Shown here: positions 35,203 to 48,475 of the stretch, piece after piece | How positions within the stretch are numbered: position 1 is the first letter of the stretch | Layout: each line of letters opens with the position of its first letter | NCBI RefSeq assembly: GCF_006345805.1 | Contig: NC_042998.1 | Location: 160,394,001-160,458,000 of the forward strand | Length of the DNA stretch: 64,000 nucleotides | Origin: Octopus sinensis | Taxonomy: Eukaryota | Reading direction: 5' to 3' | Translations under genes and position numbers: made by a program | The notes under the pieces: generated by a model | Seen by the model: only the letters and a program-made list of their open reading frames with translations | Told to the model about the DNA's origin: nothing | The model's database searches: none

Positions 35203-36240
35203 GTTTACTGACCTATCAAAGTTATACTAGCTGTTCTGTGTGATTGACATTTTGGTTTGAGTGTAGAATAACTTATCTGCTGCAATAAGTAATGTCAATT
35301 CATCTTGAGATGGTATTGTTAAATTCTCACAAAAGACATTCAAAATAAAATGTCTTGTGTGTGAGTTCTTGATGAACTGTGTATGATCACAGAACTTCCG
35401 TTGCTAAGTTCTACAGCTTGAAATCATGTTGTAACAATGCATTGTGTGAAATATTCATAGACTGGAAGAAACGAGGAGCAATGCTAGTGTTGGCTTTGTT
35501 GTGCTCATGTTATTGGAATATTTGTCAGACTAGAGTTCAGAAGGAAACAAGTATCCAACCAGTAGTGTCATAGAACCTGATATTTGAAGGAAATACATAT
35601 CTGATAAACAGCATACAATAATTGAACCGGATAATAGAAGGAAACAAGTATCCAATGACTAGTTGTCATCATTGGATGAGACATTAAGAAAGAAAGCTGC
35701 ATCAGTGACAAAGAAAACTTCCCATCCTTTACCCACTCAGATTCAATAAAATACTTCGATTTGCATCTTATTTACAACATAACCTACTCTTTTATTTTAT
35801 TCTATAACACAGTGTCTTCTCACCAAATTTTATTGATGTGCTCTATTTTATTTCAAACATATTTACTTGAAACTGCTGGAATGTATTACAGTTTACTGAT
35901 CACTGACAGTGTAGCTGAGGGAAAGACTCATTATCATCATCATCATCATCATCATTGTCATCATCATTTTAATGCCCACTTTTCCATACTTGCATGGGGC
36001 AGATGGAGTTTGTTGTGGCAGATTTTCTCTGGCCTGAAAATTGTTCTGTTGCTAACTCTTAACTTTCAGTCTTAGTCCACCTAATCAAGTCACAAGGCTT
36101 TGGGTGGTCTATGGCTATAGAAGAAGACACTTGCCCAAGGTGGGACTGAACTTCCTAGCCACACACCCATGGCTGTACCTTGCTATAGTTATCATATTCT
36201 GAACTATCTTACCAGTGGTGGAGAATACTTATATATATAT

Positions 36241-36293
<53 letters not shown>

Positions 36294-36297
<4 letters not shown>

Positions 36298-36800
36298 GGG
36301 TGTCCCAAAAGTCACTGGTGGGCTCCAATTTTTAATAACTTCCCTAACTTTACAAATAAATGCATGAAATTTTGATACACTATAAAGGACATAAGGGAAA
36401 TTAATATGCACAAGTCAAATTTTGCAACACCACTACATCACATATGAAAAATGACATCACTTAAATGGCAGATATTTTCGGCTTTGTACGCCTGTGCTCT
36501 TTCCAAAACTTGCATCATAATACCCTCAAGAGTTTCAGACCCCACTTCTCTGATTTCTCTATTGATGTTCTCCTTCAGTTGCACCAAGGCATCTGGTTTG
36601 TTGATGTAAACTCTCTCTTTCAGTATCCCTACAAGAAAAAAATATGGGTTACTCAAGTCTGGGGAACATGAAGGCCATTCAAAGTAGACCTGGCACATTA
36701 TCCTTGTTCTTTTAGGTAGAAAGCTGCCACTGGGAAGTCTTTTCATCAGAACCTTCTGATGAATAGTGACTCAACATAAATGAAAGCACAGTGGGAAGCA
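36294..36800 (-). mobile_element. Tc1/mariner-superfamily transposase 3' fragment with TIR
   Basis: WPSCSPDLSNPYFFLVGILKERVYINKP (WPPRSPDL..DFFLWGYLK type); TIR tacagggtgtcccaaaagtc at 36294. Confidence 0.85.
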
Positions 36801-36823
36801 GCATATTGAAAGACTATTCTTAA

Positions 36824-37030
36824 CTCTTTAGCATTCAGATGTAATGCTTTTTTATTCACATTGTTTTAAATTCATCATGCATTATCTCATAGTTTTGAGA
36901 ATTCAGTGATGTAATTGCATATTTTTAGAATGACATTGTAAAGTAGGTGTGAGATACCAAGTCTGGCTCATCTGCACATAAATTAAATAGAATATTTGGG
37001 CTGGATACGGTCGGTTTAAATGCTAAAGGG
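36824..37030 (+). mobile_element. piggyBac-type MITE (207 bp), TTAA-flanked
   Basis: ttaa|ctctttagcattcag...aaatgctaaaggg|ttaa. Confidence 0.85.
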
Positions 37031-37844
37031 TTAATTTCTAGCTGGAAGCTTGGTTCAAATGCCTGCAATAGACAAAATTCCACAATTAAGAGCCAGGTAA
37101 TACTGTTCTCTCACCACATATAGTATCTGTTCTTTAGTATCTTTTCCTGCCTTTCCTGTCCATGTTTTGCCTGTAGATGTCAACTCACAGATGTTTTCTT
37201 ATTTTGAGCATCATACATGTTGATCTCACCAGTTTTGGAGGACATGTGAAGGTCATAGGCACTACTGCTCCTGATTAAGCCTTTGGAAAATAGAAAACAA
37301 TAAAGAAACAAAAAAAAAAGAAAAGAAAGCATTTTTCAAATAAATTCTGTCCACTTTGTTGAAACTAACCATTAATGATACTTCATAATTAAATGGTTGT
37401 TGGTGTTAACCAAAAATATCCTACTGTTCCAACAATTCATGCAAATAACAAGAATCTGTGAATTCAGTCTTGGCTAACATGACTAGATTGACATAAAACA
37501 TTTAAAAAAATGCTAAATAATGTGATTGCATATGAGTTTTGTTTGCATGTCTATGTGATTTTAAATGAAATAATGTCTTTGGAATTTGTGAGATTTTATC
37601 TTTTGTTTTGTTTTTAATTCAGTTTAACTTGATTGAAAACAGTATGTTTCAAATATTATCAAGAAAATATGCAGCAACATTATATTATAATGTGAAAAAG
37701 GAATAAATAAACTATGTACCTGTGAGTTTCAGAATGCTAATGATGAAGTAAAGCATATTTAAAAAAAATTTGTACTCTGTGAGAAGGAGAATTATCGAAG
37801 AAAGCTCAGTGCCTTGAAATTCATTCATTTATTCAATAATAATA

Positions 37845-39075
37845 CTGATGATGATGAAAATTGTTGTTATTATCATCATCATTGTCCATGACAATTTTAC
37901 TCTGGCAGATGATATACCAACACTACACCACAAAAGAAAGTCATATCCAGTGGCCAAAAGGTCCTTTGGGTCATTCCTTCAACTTTCTAACATCTGCTTT
38001 AGAATCTTTACTGTTACTAACAAGGCTGTTTTCTGTAGCAGTCATGTCTTAAGCCATGCATCCACCCTTTTACTAACTGCTCACTGTACCACTTCTAAGT
38101 GTCACATTCTCCATAGTTGTCTAGCTTCCCTCTTCAGCTCTTGATATTTTTCAACTTTCTTACTTTTCTTCTCATTCACCCTGTGATCCAATGGTGAAGC
38201 AATGTCCACAATAATTGGACAGGTTTTCTATGGGCTTCAGTTTCAACTTTCAAGTCACTTGTTGCTTTTCCTAATCCATTCCTAGATCTTTGTCAGTTGT
38301 CTCAGGCATTTTTCACCGGAACTTACCATACCCCCCCCTTTCCATCTATTCAAGGTGTCATTCTGTCTGTCTTGTTTAAATTCTCCTTTTTCCTTTGTTT
38401 CATCATTATTTAGGACTTTCATCTTTCTTACTCCTGCCATCGATCTCTTCATTGAATTCTTTACAAACCATACCAGATTCTTATCCTTAGACTTCATGCA
38501 CATTTCACAGGTCCTTCTATCAAGCTCTTTAAGTTCATCACTTCTCCACTCTATCACACCAGCACTATACCTTAGAGATGCATTGTTCCATGTGTTGACA
38601 GCCAGTTTCTTATTCCTACCACTTTGTCTTTTACACCAATTTCAGTCTCTCTTTATATTCCTTTAATAACAGCTCTTTTGTTTCTTTCTCTTTCATTTCC
38701 AGGATGCCTAAGTGCTTATACCCATTGTTGTCAATTTCTTCGGTAACTTGCCTGTCTGGCAATATAATTCCTTCCATCTTATCAATTCTACTTGACTTCA
38801 GTAGTAGCACCCCACACATTTTTTAATGCCAAATTCCATTCCTATGTCCATGTCGAATGTATGAACTGTCTGTACAAGGGAATCAGTCTGTTCATAGGAT
38901 TTTCCAAACAGTTTTAGGTCATCCATGAACAGCAAGTGGTTTATCTTAAACTCACGTCCTCCCCACTCATATCCACCCTTTGCTCTCCCAACATGAATGA
39001 AAGTAGAACTATACACCATATTTAAGCAAACTGGGAAGTTTTTTTTTTTATTTTTCTGTGTATATTCCATTTTGT
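37845..39075 (-). mobile_element. R4/Dong-clade LINE, internally deleted (RT, RLE and 3' UTR)
   Basis: INHLLFMDDLKLFGK, IGMEFGIKKC, GYKHLGILE, LQKTALLVTVKILKQMLES* (stop 37979-37981), trinucleotide tail. Confidence 0.88.
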
Positions 39076-39419
39076 CTGAAGCTATGTGACATCTTTTTTT
39101 CCTTCATTAAATTTAACTTTTATCTCTACTGTCTCAGACATTTCAGAAGAATATAATTTTGTTTGTCTTCTATATTTCTGCTCTTGTGGCCTTTTAATGT
39201 CTCCAAAATCATTAGGTGATCTGACTTCTAGGTTTATAACCTTCTTATCAAGAATGTCAAAGAGTTTGGTTATCTCGGTCACATAATCTCTGAGTAATCA
39301 GACAATATGGTTGCTGAAAATATTCTACAGTACATACCAAAAGTATGATCAAGAAATTGAGAAGCCTGAAATTTCAACAAGGTCTGCTGCTGTTTATTAT
39401 ATCCAGTGATGTATTTATT

Positions 39420-39462
<43 letters not shown>

Positions 39463-39747
39463 CAGAGGGAGAGAGAGAGAGAGAGAGAGAGAGATAGTGT
39501 GTGTGTGTGCATGCATGTATCAGTTTCCAGCTACCACATGCTGGTTTAATAAGTTATGTTCATATCTATGTTGCTTTTGGTGGCCTGAAGAGTCACCAGG
39601 TGAAGTGAATGAATTATAAACATTGGTGACTGGTATTAATTGTAATGTGAGTGTGTTGTTGGTTGTCTATTTGGTTGGATTTCTTTCTTTGTTTTCTTCC
39701 TGAACACTCATATATTGCCTTTGATGGGAGAGTCTGTCATATATACA

Positions 39748-39797
<50 letters not shown>

Positions 39798-39803
<6 letters not shown>

Positions 39804-40031
39804 TGGCCAAATGTCACCTGACAGTCAATCAGAATTCCATAAATACTATCGGTAATTCTGTATTGATTTGAATGGAAAAATGTTTTGCTCAAGAAGGACT
39901 TCAGTTTGAACAGTTTTCATGATGTTTCATATTTGGATGCTTTTATTAAATTCATTCAGTTTTTAAACATAAATAAATCTTGGAATTAAACGGTTTTGAT
40001 TTACTGCCAGGTGACTTTTGGGCAACCTTGT
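39798..40031. mobile_element. Tc1/mariner-type MITE (~230 bp)
   Basis: TIRs agggttggccaaatgtcacctgacagt / actgccaggtgacttttgggcaacctt; inserted at a (TA)n run. Confidence 0.8.
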
Positions 40032-40064
40032 GTGTGTATGTATATATTTATGTATATATATAAT

Positions 40065-40458
40065 GAATAAGGCAAAATGGAGAGGTGGTTAGTGAAATTA
40101 TTTAATTATAAAATATGACAACATCTCTGACATCTGTTTCGATTCAGAAATCTTTAGATAATTAATTTATGAAATTAAAATCATTATAAGATGAATCTCT
40201 TTAGAGGTAGTAAGAATATACCGATTAGAAATATATGTTGAGATAATGGCTAAAAAACAGTTTTATAGCCATTATCTCAACATATATTTCTAATCGGTAT
40301 ATCCTTGCTACCTCTAAAGAGATTCATCTTATAATAATTTTAATTTTATAAATTAATTATCTAAAGATTTCTGAATCGAAACAGCTGTCAGAGATGTTGT
40401 AATATTTAATAATTAATAAATATTTTTTATTAATTACCTCTCCATTTTCACCTTATTC
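40065..40458. repeat. ~394-bp near-perfect palindrome, probably an inverted Penelope-like terminal repeat
   Basis: Arms gaataaggcaaaatggagagg...gataatggcta / tagccattatc...cctctccattttcaccttattc; inner 36 bp perfect. Confidence 0.9.
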
Positions 40459-40592
40459 TTTAAATATACTTAAGTATATGAACCATGGTTTATATGGTTA
40501 CTTTATAGTTGAGCTTTCTATAGATTGGTAACTAACCAGTATTTTCATTGGATTTATGATGGATTAATGAGGTTTATACCTTTACTTGATTT

Positions 40593-40632
<40 letters not shown>

Positions 40633-41094
40633 CATGTGTGTGTATCAGTTTCCTGCTACCAAATTCACTCAGAAGACTTTAGTTGGCTCAAGGCTATAGT
40701 AGAAGACTTGCCAAAGGTGTCATACATACTCACAAGCCTGTGGCTGCCAGGCATGGGTACAGAGTTGAAAAAGAATATGTACACATCCAGACTTAGCAGT
40801 ACCTTGAATAGAGTAAATTTTCTGATTCTAGGAGTAAATTTACCCTAGTTTGGGAACCTCTGATATATACATGGAAGAAAAATAAATAAATGGAAAGGTA
40901 TATTCCACAAAAACTAAGCTATTAAGATCTAGTTCAACATCATTGTGTTTCTTTTGAAAGCTAAGAAACTTGACTTTTAAGTTCACCCCAGATGCCCTCC
41001 ATCTAAAATCAACAATGCTCAATTTATTTTCAATATCTATAACCACCACTCAGGGTTTTGTACTTCTCTGTCTCCTTCTTATGTTTCCTTCAAT

Positions 41095-42290
41095 TTTCAA
41101 CAACTAATGCAAATCATCATAGCTGTCATCATTGCCATTATTGTTATCATCATTGTCATCATCACCATCATCAATATTAACATTGTTGTTGTGGTTATTA
41201 TTGTCTTTCATGTCCTTTAATACATGTTGGTGATTTCCTGTTTCAAGTTATTTTCAGATTCCAGTATTTTATTGTATATTATTTTCTGTGCCATCAGAAC
41301 CTCCTTCCATTCTCCTCATCTCTCTCATCTTTTCTTTAATCACTTACTTCTACTCCTCCTTTCACCCATATATTACTTCTTGCTCAGTCTCTCTCTCTCT
41401 CTCTCTCAGACTCCCACCAACCCCACCTACCTGCTTATTATCAGTTTCCTCACTGATGTTACATTTAGATACTCTTCCCTCATCTTTATTTACAATTACG
41501 AAAATCTAATTATTATTTCATTTATCAATTTATTTTCACCCACTGGTCACTGCTTCCACTCCTCCTTCTACTTCCTTCCATCTACCTACCATCAACTCTC
41601 CACTCTACTCTCTTCACCCCTTCATCACTGCTGCCATTATTCTCTTCCTCCTCCCCTTCCTCATTTAGTTTGGCTCCATTTCCTTTATCATCTCCAATCC
41701 AGATGATTTAATCAATTAATGTCCATGCTCATAACTGTCCTCAATTTCTTTGCTGTCTGTCTCCATTACTGCTGTCCTCATCATCACTACCACCACCATC
41801 ACCACCTCTGCCACTACAGTCACCACCACTACCACCATCATTGCTCATATAACTGTTTCGATTATGTTGTCAAAAGATTTCCACTGTCAACAATTGTTTT
41901 AACTTTTATATATGCAAATGAATGTAAATGCTGCTCTCTATTTCACCACTGTTGTTTCCTTTCTTTATCTTTCTCTGCAGTCTTCTCTTTGCCTCTTTTG
42001 TTATTGTCGAGATGATTTATTTCCAGATATCACTCCTCGACTCGGTGTTATTTTGAAAGTGAGGCAAAGAAGTAAGAGGCTGACCCTCACCGACAACGAA
42101 AAACTCTTCACTAATTTGAGATAATGATGGCATAATTATTTCTTATGATGCTGCTTTTCACATTTCAAGTTATTTTCATATTGTCTCATCATCATCATTG
42201 TCATAATCATCTTTGTCATCATCATTGTCATCATCAACATTATCATCATCATGATTGCCGCCAATCATTGTTGTCGCCAATCATTGTTGT
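41095..42290. repeat. Long low-complexity (CAT/CAC)n and pyrimidine-rich tract
   Basis: Degenerate trinucleotide repeats; source of pseudo-ORFs. Confidence 0.8.
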
Positions 42291-42384
42291 CATACTTTAT
42301 CACTTCAAGTTTTCATAGTGTTCTTTATTTTCGATATGAATTAGATTTTGAAACATCAGATCATTTCTTGTACTTATTAACATA

Positions 42385-43075
42385 GGTACAAGTGTGGCTG
42401 TGTGGTAAGAAGCTTGCTTCCCAACCACATGGTCTCAGATTCAATGCCATTGCGGGGCATCCGAGGCAAATGTCTCCACTTGACAACTGGTGTTGGTCTG
42501 TTTACATCTCCTTAATTTAGCAGTTTGGCAAAAGAGACCAATAGAGATAATAATAATAAAAATAAGAAAGATAATAAGTACTAGGGTTGATTCCTACAAC
42601 TAAAATGTCTTCAAGGCGGTGCCCCAGTATAACCGCAGTCTAATGACTGAAACAAGTAAAGCATAAAAGACAGTTCTGCAGTATTTCACAAGATGTTTCT
42701 TTAGTCTTATTGTTATTGTATCTACTGTTGCTGTTTTTTGTTGTTTATACTAAGTCAGCCTTGGCAAAATAGATGGATATATGATCAATGGCAACCCAAG
42801 TGAAGGGTCTATTTGGTAAAATGGCAGAACAGCTGTCATATTTTACAGAAGATGTGGGTTCAAATTTCACAGGCAGCCTTTGACCTTTTATTTTTTGTAT
42901 AGGCACAGGCTTGGCTGTGTAGGTAAGAAACTTGATGTGCAAACCACATGGTTTTGAGTTCAGCTTTACTGCATGACACCTTGGTGTGAGCATCTTCTAT
43001 TATAATCCTGAGTTGATTAATGCTTTGTGGGTGAATTTGGTTGTGATGAACTGAATGTGAAGCCTGTCATGTGTG
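42385..43075 (+). mobile_element. Two SINE family A copies (42385-42670 internally deleted; 42900-43075 5' half)
   Basis: gtggctgtgtggtaagaagcttgc heads; family A 3' body in the first copy. Confidence 0.8.
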
Positions 43076-43094
43076 TGTATATATATCTTTTAAT

Positions 43095-43478
43095 TTTTAC
43101 TTTTACTGGTTTCAGTCATTAAACTGCAGTCATACTGGGGCAGCGCCTTGTAGAATTTTTAGTCAAATGAATTGACCCGTGTATTTTTTTAAAACCTGGT
43201 ACTTATTCTATCAGGCTCTTTGACCAAACTGCTAGGTTACAAGGATGAAAACACACCAACACCAGTTGTCAAATGATGAAGGGGACAAACACAGACACAC
43301 ACACACACACACATTCACACATATGATAAGCTTCTTTTAGTTTCCGTCTACCAAATCCACTCACAAGGCTTTGGTCAGCCCAAGGCTGTAGTAGAAGACA
43401 CTTGCCCAATGTGCCATACAGTGGGACTGAACCTGGAATCATGTGGTGAGGAAGCAAGCTTCTTACCACACAGTCACA
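43095..43478 (-). mobile_element. Full-length SINE family A
   Basis: Reverse complement of the copy at 15697. Confidence 0.88.
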
Positions 43479-43494
43479 CCTATATATATAAAGA

Positions 43495-43825
43495 CCCCCT
43501 TTGGTCATGAATGACCATGGAATTTCACCTAGAAAGTTACCCTCCAAGGCACAAGTCCAGAGGCAAGGTTGTTTATAGAAGACCTGCAGTTGCCCATGCA
43601 TACCAGCCTCCCCTTTTCCATGCCACCAATGTTATCCAAAAGAAATGCAAAGGCCAATGCAGCTTAGCACCAGTGATATTGCAATTCATTTCTACAGCTG
43701 AGTGAACTGGAGCAACATGAAATAACATGTCTTGCTCAAGAACACAACACACAGACTGGACTTGGAATCAAACTCAAAACCTCATTATTATGAGCCTGAT
43801 GCTCTAACCACTGAGCCATGCACCA
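43495..43825 (-). mobile_element. SINE family D
   Basis: Reverse complement of 32780-33090; tRNA-like head ..ctctaaccactgagccat. Confidence 0.82.
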
Positions 43826-44227
43826 TGCGTGTGCTTGTGTGTGTGTTTGTGTGAATTATATTTTTGTACATGTTCACAAAGTTTTGCAGATGGAAGAAAA
43901 CAAAGATAAGCATTTTCTTCAAACTTTCATATCATATTTCAAAAAGTATTGAGGCAGTGAATATTCAAAAGAGACCCAGCTGATGATTGGAAACAAGCAA
44001 CTCTGAACTGAGTACTGGGGATCAGTGCCTTTCAGTTATAATGTATTAACGAATACTCTACATGTGTATTGAGTCTTATCATGTATCATTTCTAATGAAT
44101 CATATGTGTGTGTGTGTTTGATTAGAGCTTTTAAGACAGTGTCACAAGATGGTCAAAGTCCAGTGACTGAAACAAGTAAAGGATAAACTGTGACTACCCA
44201 TTGCCCAATGTATTCCTTCTTTATTAA

Positions 44228-44448
44228 CCCTTTAACATTTAAACCACTCGTATCTGGCCAAAATATTCTAATTGTTTTATGTTCAAACTAGCCAGGTTCA
44301 ATCTCTTACACCTACCCTACAGTGTTATTCTAAAAGTAAACAGTTACATAATTGGAATCTTGAAGTTATGAGATAATGCAGGATTAATTCAAAAAGAAAG
44401 TGAATAAACAAGTCTTATGTTTGAGAGAGTAATCTGAAATCTAAAAGG
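44228..44448 (-). mobile_element. piggyBac-type MITE
   Basis: ttaa|ccctttaacatttaaacc...aaatctaaaagg|ttaa; reverse of 36824. Confidence 0.78.
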
Positions 44449-44664
44449 TTAAGACACAAGAATGTGATGTGAAACCAATTTGGTGGCTATATTTACATGT
44501 ATAGATGTGGAAAAAAGCATGGAATAAGTGAAACACAGCAGGATGATGGCTAAGTAGTTGGTTGAGGTTTGGCAAATGAAGGCTGCCAACCCAAGCAAAT
44601 AAATATTACTAAATGTACTTGTGTGTAGGATATTTGAATATCTATGTTTTTTTTTGTGTGTCTT

Positions 44665-44945
44665 TTATCTTTTACTGTTTCAGCTAGTGGACTGTGGTCA
44701 TGCTGGTGCACTGCTTTGGAGGGGGTTTGGTTGAAAAAATTTATCCCAGTGTTTTTAAGTCTAATATGTATTCTATTTTCTTTTTCCTGACCATTGATTT
44801 ACAGGGACACAAACAAACCAACACTGATTGTCAAAGGTTGACAAACACAAAGACACACACAGACAGACATACACATATATGATGGGCTTCCACAGAATTT
44901 CATTCTACCATATTCACTTACAATGCATTTATTGGCCCAGGGCTC
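44665..44945 (-). mobile_element. SINE family A (partial)
   Basis: ttttactgtttcagc...gtcatgctgg...ttggcccagggct. Confidence 0.7.
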
Positions 44946-45144
44946 TTATATAGGGACATCAGTTGTTTAGAGTTGAGGTATCTTTTGGGTTTTAGAAAGT
45001 AAGTTTATTTTTTTTGATTTTAAGCAGTTCAGGTTAAATGAACTATAAGTGGATCGTTGGGCAACCTGCTGTGCTTGAGGAGACCTATTGTGTCAAGTAC
45101 ATCAACAGCAAAATAAACATCAAATGGAAATTGTAGTTATGATA

Positions 45145-45470
45145 CCTGTACCAGTGATACGTAAAAAGCATCATCCGAACGTGGCCGATGCCAGCGCCGC
45201 CTCGACTGTCTTCCGTGCTGGTGGCATGTAAAAGCACCAACTGATCGTGGGTATTGCCAGCCCCCACTGGCACCTGTGCTGGTGGCACATAAAAAGCACT
45301 CACTACACTCACGGAATGGTTGGCATTAGGAAGGGCATCCAGCTGTAGAAACTCTGCCAGATCAGACTGGAGTCTGGTGCAGCCTCCTGGCTTCCCAGAC
45401 CCTGGTCAAACCGCTCAACCCATGCTAGCATGGAAAACGGACGTTAAACGATGATGATGATGATGATGTG
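45145..45470 (+). mobile_element. RTE 3' tail fragment
   Basis: Repeated aaaagcacc modules, ..ggaagggcatccagctgtag..cggacgttaaac(gat)n. Confidence 0.88.
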
Positions 45471-45849
45471 ATCTCATAGATTATATAAGTTTTGCCTGTA
45501 GCATTTTATGAGTTGATTGTGTATAATATGGTTTTTGCTTTTGAGAGATGTGTTGTTTAAAGTGTTGTTAAGTCAACTACTCATTAGAGAATATTGGAGG
45601 CCCTTGATTGTGGTAGAAGCTGTTGAAATTGCATATGAATAAATTCTGTGTATGGTAAGTGAATGTCTGTAGGGTCAGATACATAAAATTATCAGTGCAT
45701 AGAGGCTAGTGAACTGGCCACAGTAGAAACTACTGTTTCATAGTTGGCTGGATGTAAGAGGAGGCTTAGCAAGGTTAATCAAGATCCATTTAATTGTAAA
45801 TCAGAACACACTTCATTAGACTGACTTTCAGTAATCAATTTTTACCATT

Positions 45850-46250
45850 GTCATCATCATTTAATGTCCATTTTCCATGCTGATATGGGTTGGGTGGTTT
45901 AATGGAAGCTGGCCAGGCTTCTTGTCTGTTTTGGCATGGTTTCTGTGGCTGGATGCCCTTCCTAAAACCACTTTACAGAGTGTACTGGGTGCTTTTATAC
46001 AGCACCAGCTCTTATGTGGTGTCAGCACAGATGCTTTTTACATAGCACCAGCACCCACAAGCCTGCAAGATTTGGATTGGTCAGCTGAAGAAGGATGTAG
46101 GGGACATATCTGTTTGCAAGGGCAACCACAATTTTTTTTAGCTTGACATGTTTTCCCAAGCACATTGAACTGCCAGAAGTCTCGGTCCTTTTTCATCCCC
46201 TTTGTGAAGCCCAATGTCTGAAGATACTTTCTCACCATCTTGTCCTATGT
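45850..46250 (-). mobile_element. RTE 3' end, internally deleted
   Basis: (cat)n tail; ORF end MVRKYLQTLGFTKGMKKDRDFWQF. Confidence 0.78.
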
Positions 46251-48359
46251 CTTAATGAATTAAACACTATTAAAAAAAATTCAAATTGATATTTGATTTT
46301 TCAATATATTTTTGTCACCTGCTTTGATCAACTAGAAACTTCCTGATCCTATAGGAAGAATTATTTATCATAAGAATGCACATTTCCAAATAAATAACTG
46401 AATTCTATGGGTTATTCAAATTGCGGCTAAAATATTTTTATATTTTGTTAAAAGCATCCACAAGAATTATAGTGCTTCAGACCTTTTAAAATATCATACA
46501 GTGGCTTTTAAAACATTTTATTGAGATTTAAAAGATACCCATTCCTGAAAACAAATTCCAATTCATTCTGTATTTTATTGTCTCTTCATTGATTGCTTTG
46601 GAATCAGAAATATTACCATTTTGGTAAATTTAGTGATAGATAAATATATAAAAATTTAAAACATCAAAGTTGACAAACATCTTATAAAGCAAAGTTTTAG
46701 ACTAAGATTCTGGAAAGAAATTTTATAGTTTTCTAAGAAATTCTCTTCAGTTTTACTATTAAAACTGACAATAGGATAGGAATAGTTAGATCAACCATCT
46801 GAATGTTTGTGTTAAGCTCATTCCCCTCTAAATAATTGATCTACCACAATGAACTAAATTCACTTGATTATTAAAATATAAATCACTTTTTATTTTGTGT
46901 GCAGAATTAATGAATGTATATATAACTGGATGAAGTAAGAATATACAGTTATTATTAGAGTAAAGTTTATGAATGTCAACTGAAAGATGGTAAAGTTTTA
47001 TAAATTCTAAACTCAATTATTAACATCCATAAAAGTATGACCAAATGAATTTTTATTGAACTTCACTATAACTCTGACCTTTGGAGACAAAAGAAAATAG
47101 ATTTTTTGTTTTATCTGAGAGACTTCAACATTTTGTCCTTTTACGAAGTCTCACAGAATTAGTTGGCCAGTGTTGAAGATAAAAGTAGTGTAAGGAAAAA
47201 AGAATTGTTTATTTGTTTGCTACGCATAAGATTTTCACTTTTCCTTTACTTTTTCTTTCCATTTAATAAGAAAAAAATAGCTATTTGATTTAAATTGTTA
47301 GAGAAATTCTCACTTTTATCTCGTTAACTTAATCTGTTGTGATCCACACTACTCTCACCAATTTTAGTTCAGTGTGAACAAAATTAAAGAAAAATACAAG
47401 CTCATACCTGATGCACCTTACATTTTCATTTCCATTGATTTATAAACCTTTATATTTTTTCTCTTTATATACATTTTTATTCAAAATTATTTTTCATTCC
47501 ACCTCTTTCAACATTACTAAGCTTTTCATTCACTCCTTCATCTGCGTGAATTTAGTAAATTCTTTATTTATTTTCTCCTCTCTGAGACAATTTTAAAGAC
47601 TAGTGATAATGGTAGCTGATTGAAGTTCTGGCAAGAGGTATCATTATGTTTTCATATATCAGGAATCTATTCTTTTGCTCCCCTCCCATTCTAATGAACT
47701 TGCTACCCATGTGTCGTTCAAATATTCACTTTAACAGCTTGTTGAGTTTGATTTCTCAAAGAATTTTCAATTCTTTACACCTATTTCTTTACATTTTAAT
47801 TTTCAAATTTTTATAAATTGTTTATTTCTCCACTATACTGTGACTTTTAAACAGATCTTTAGCTTACACACACACATACACACACACTGTTGGAAACTAA
47901 GACAAGAGATAGTTGTGTAAGTGAGTATTTGGTACGCCAAAATAATATATTATTAATGCTTTCTTTGACTACAGCTCAATAAAAGGTATCGACCATCCCT
48001 TCCATTCATCTGCACCACGCACATTATTTTCCACTTTTTCAAATTTGCTTAAATAAATTTAAAGTTTTGAAATATAAATTTCTTTAAATTTTGATATATT
48101 CTTAAGAAAGTTATAATTCACAACAGAGCATGTAACTATATATAAATGTATATATGTGAGGCAAATATATAAAGATGTATATATACCTTACACTAGCTTA
48201 AAATACATGTTTGTGTGACTTGTAACATCAATATGTAGCATATGTGAATATGCTGTGTGCAAAGTGTATCCATGATGCAATTCTTTACACATGCACACAA
48301 CATAATTGCTTGTATTTGTTCAAGGAAAGTATATTTATATAAGATTATATGTGACTATA

Positions 48360-48425
48360 AAAATGTGTGTGCATGTGTGCATGCATATGTGCATTTCTCT
48401 GCATGCTTATGTGTGTGTGTGTGTA

Positions 48426-48474
<49 letters not shown>

Positions 48475-48475
48475 T
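48360..48475. repeat. (TG)n compound microsatellite
   Basis: Visible. Confidence 0.95.

Noticed and set aside
35539-35655. CRISPR-like repeat-spacer
   Set aside because: Only two exact units, eukaryotic context, no cas genes
40840-41049. 69-aa minus-strand ORF (LNSLVFVEY, weakly hAT-like)
   Set aside because: Similarity too weak to assign
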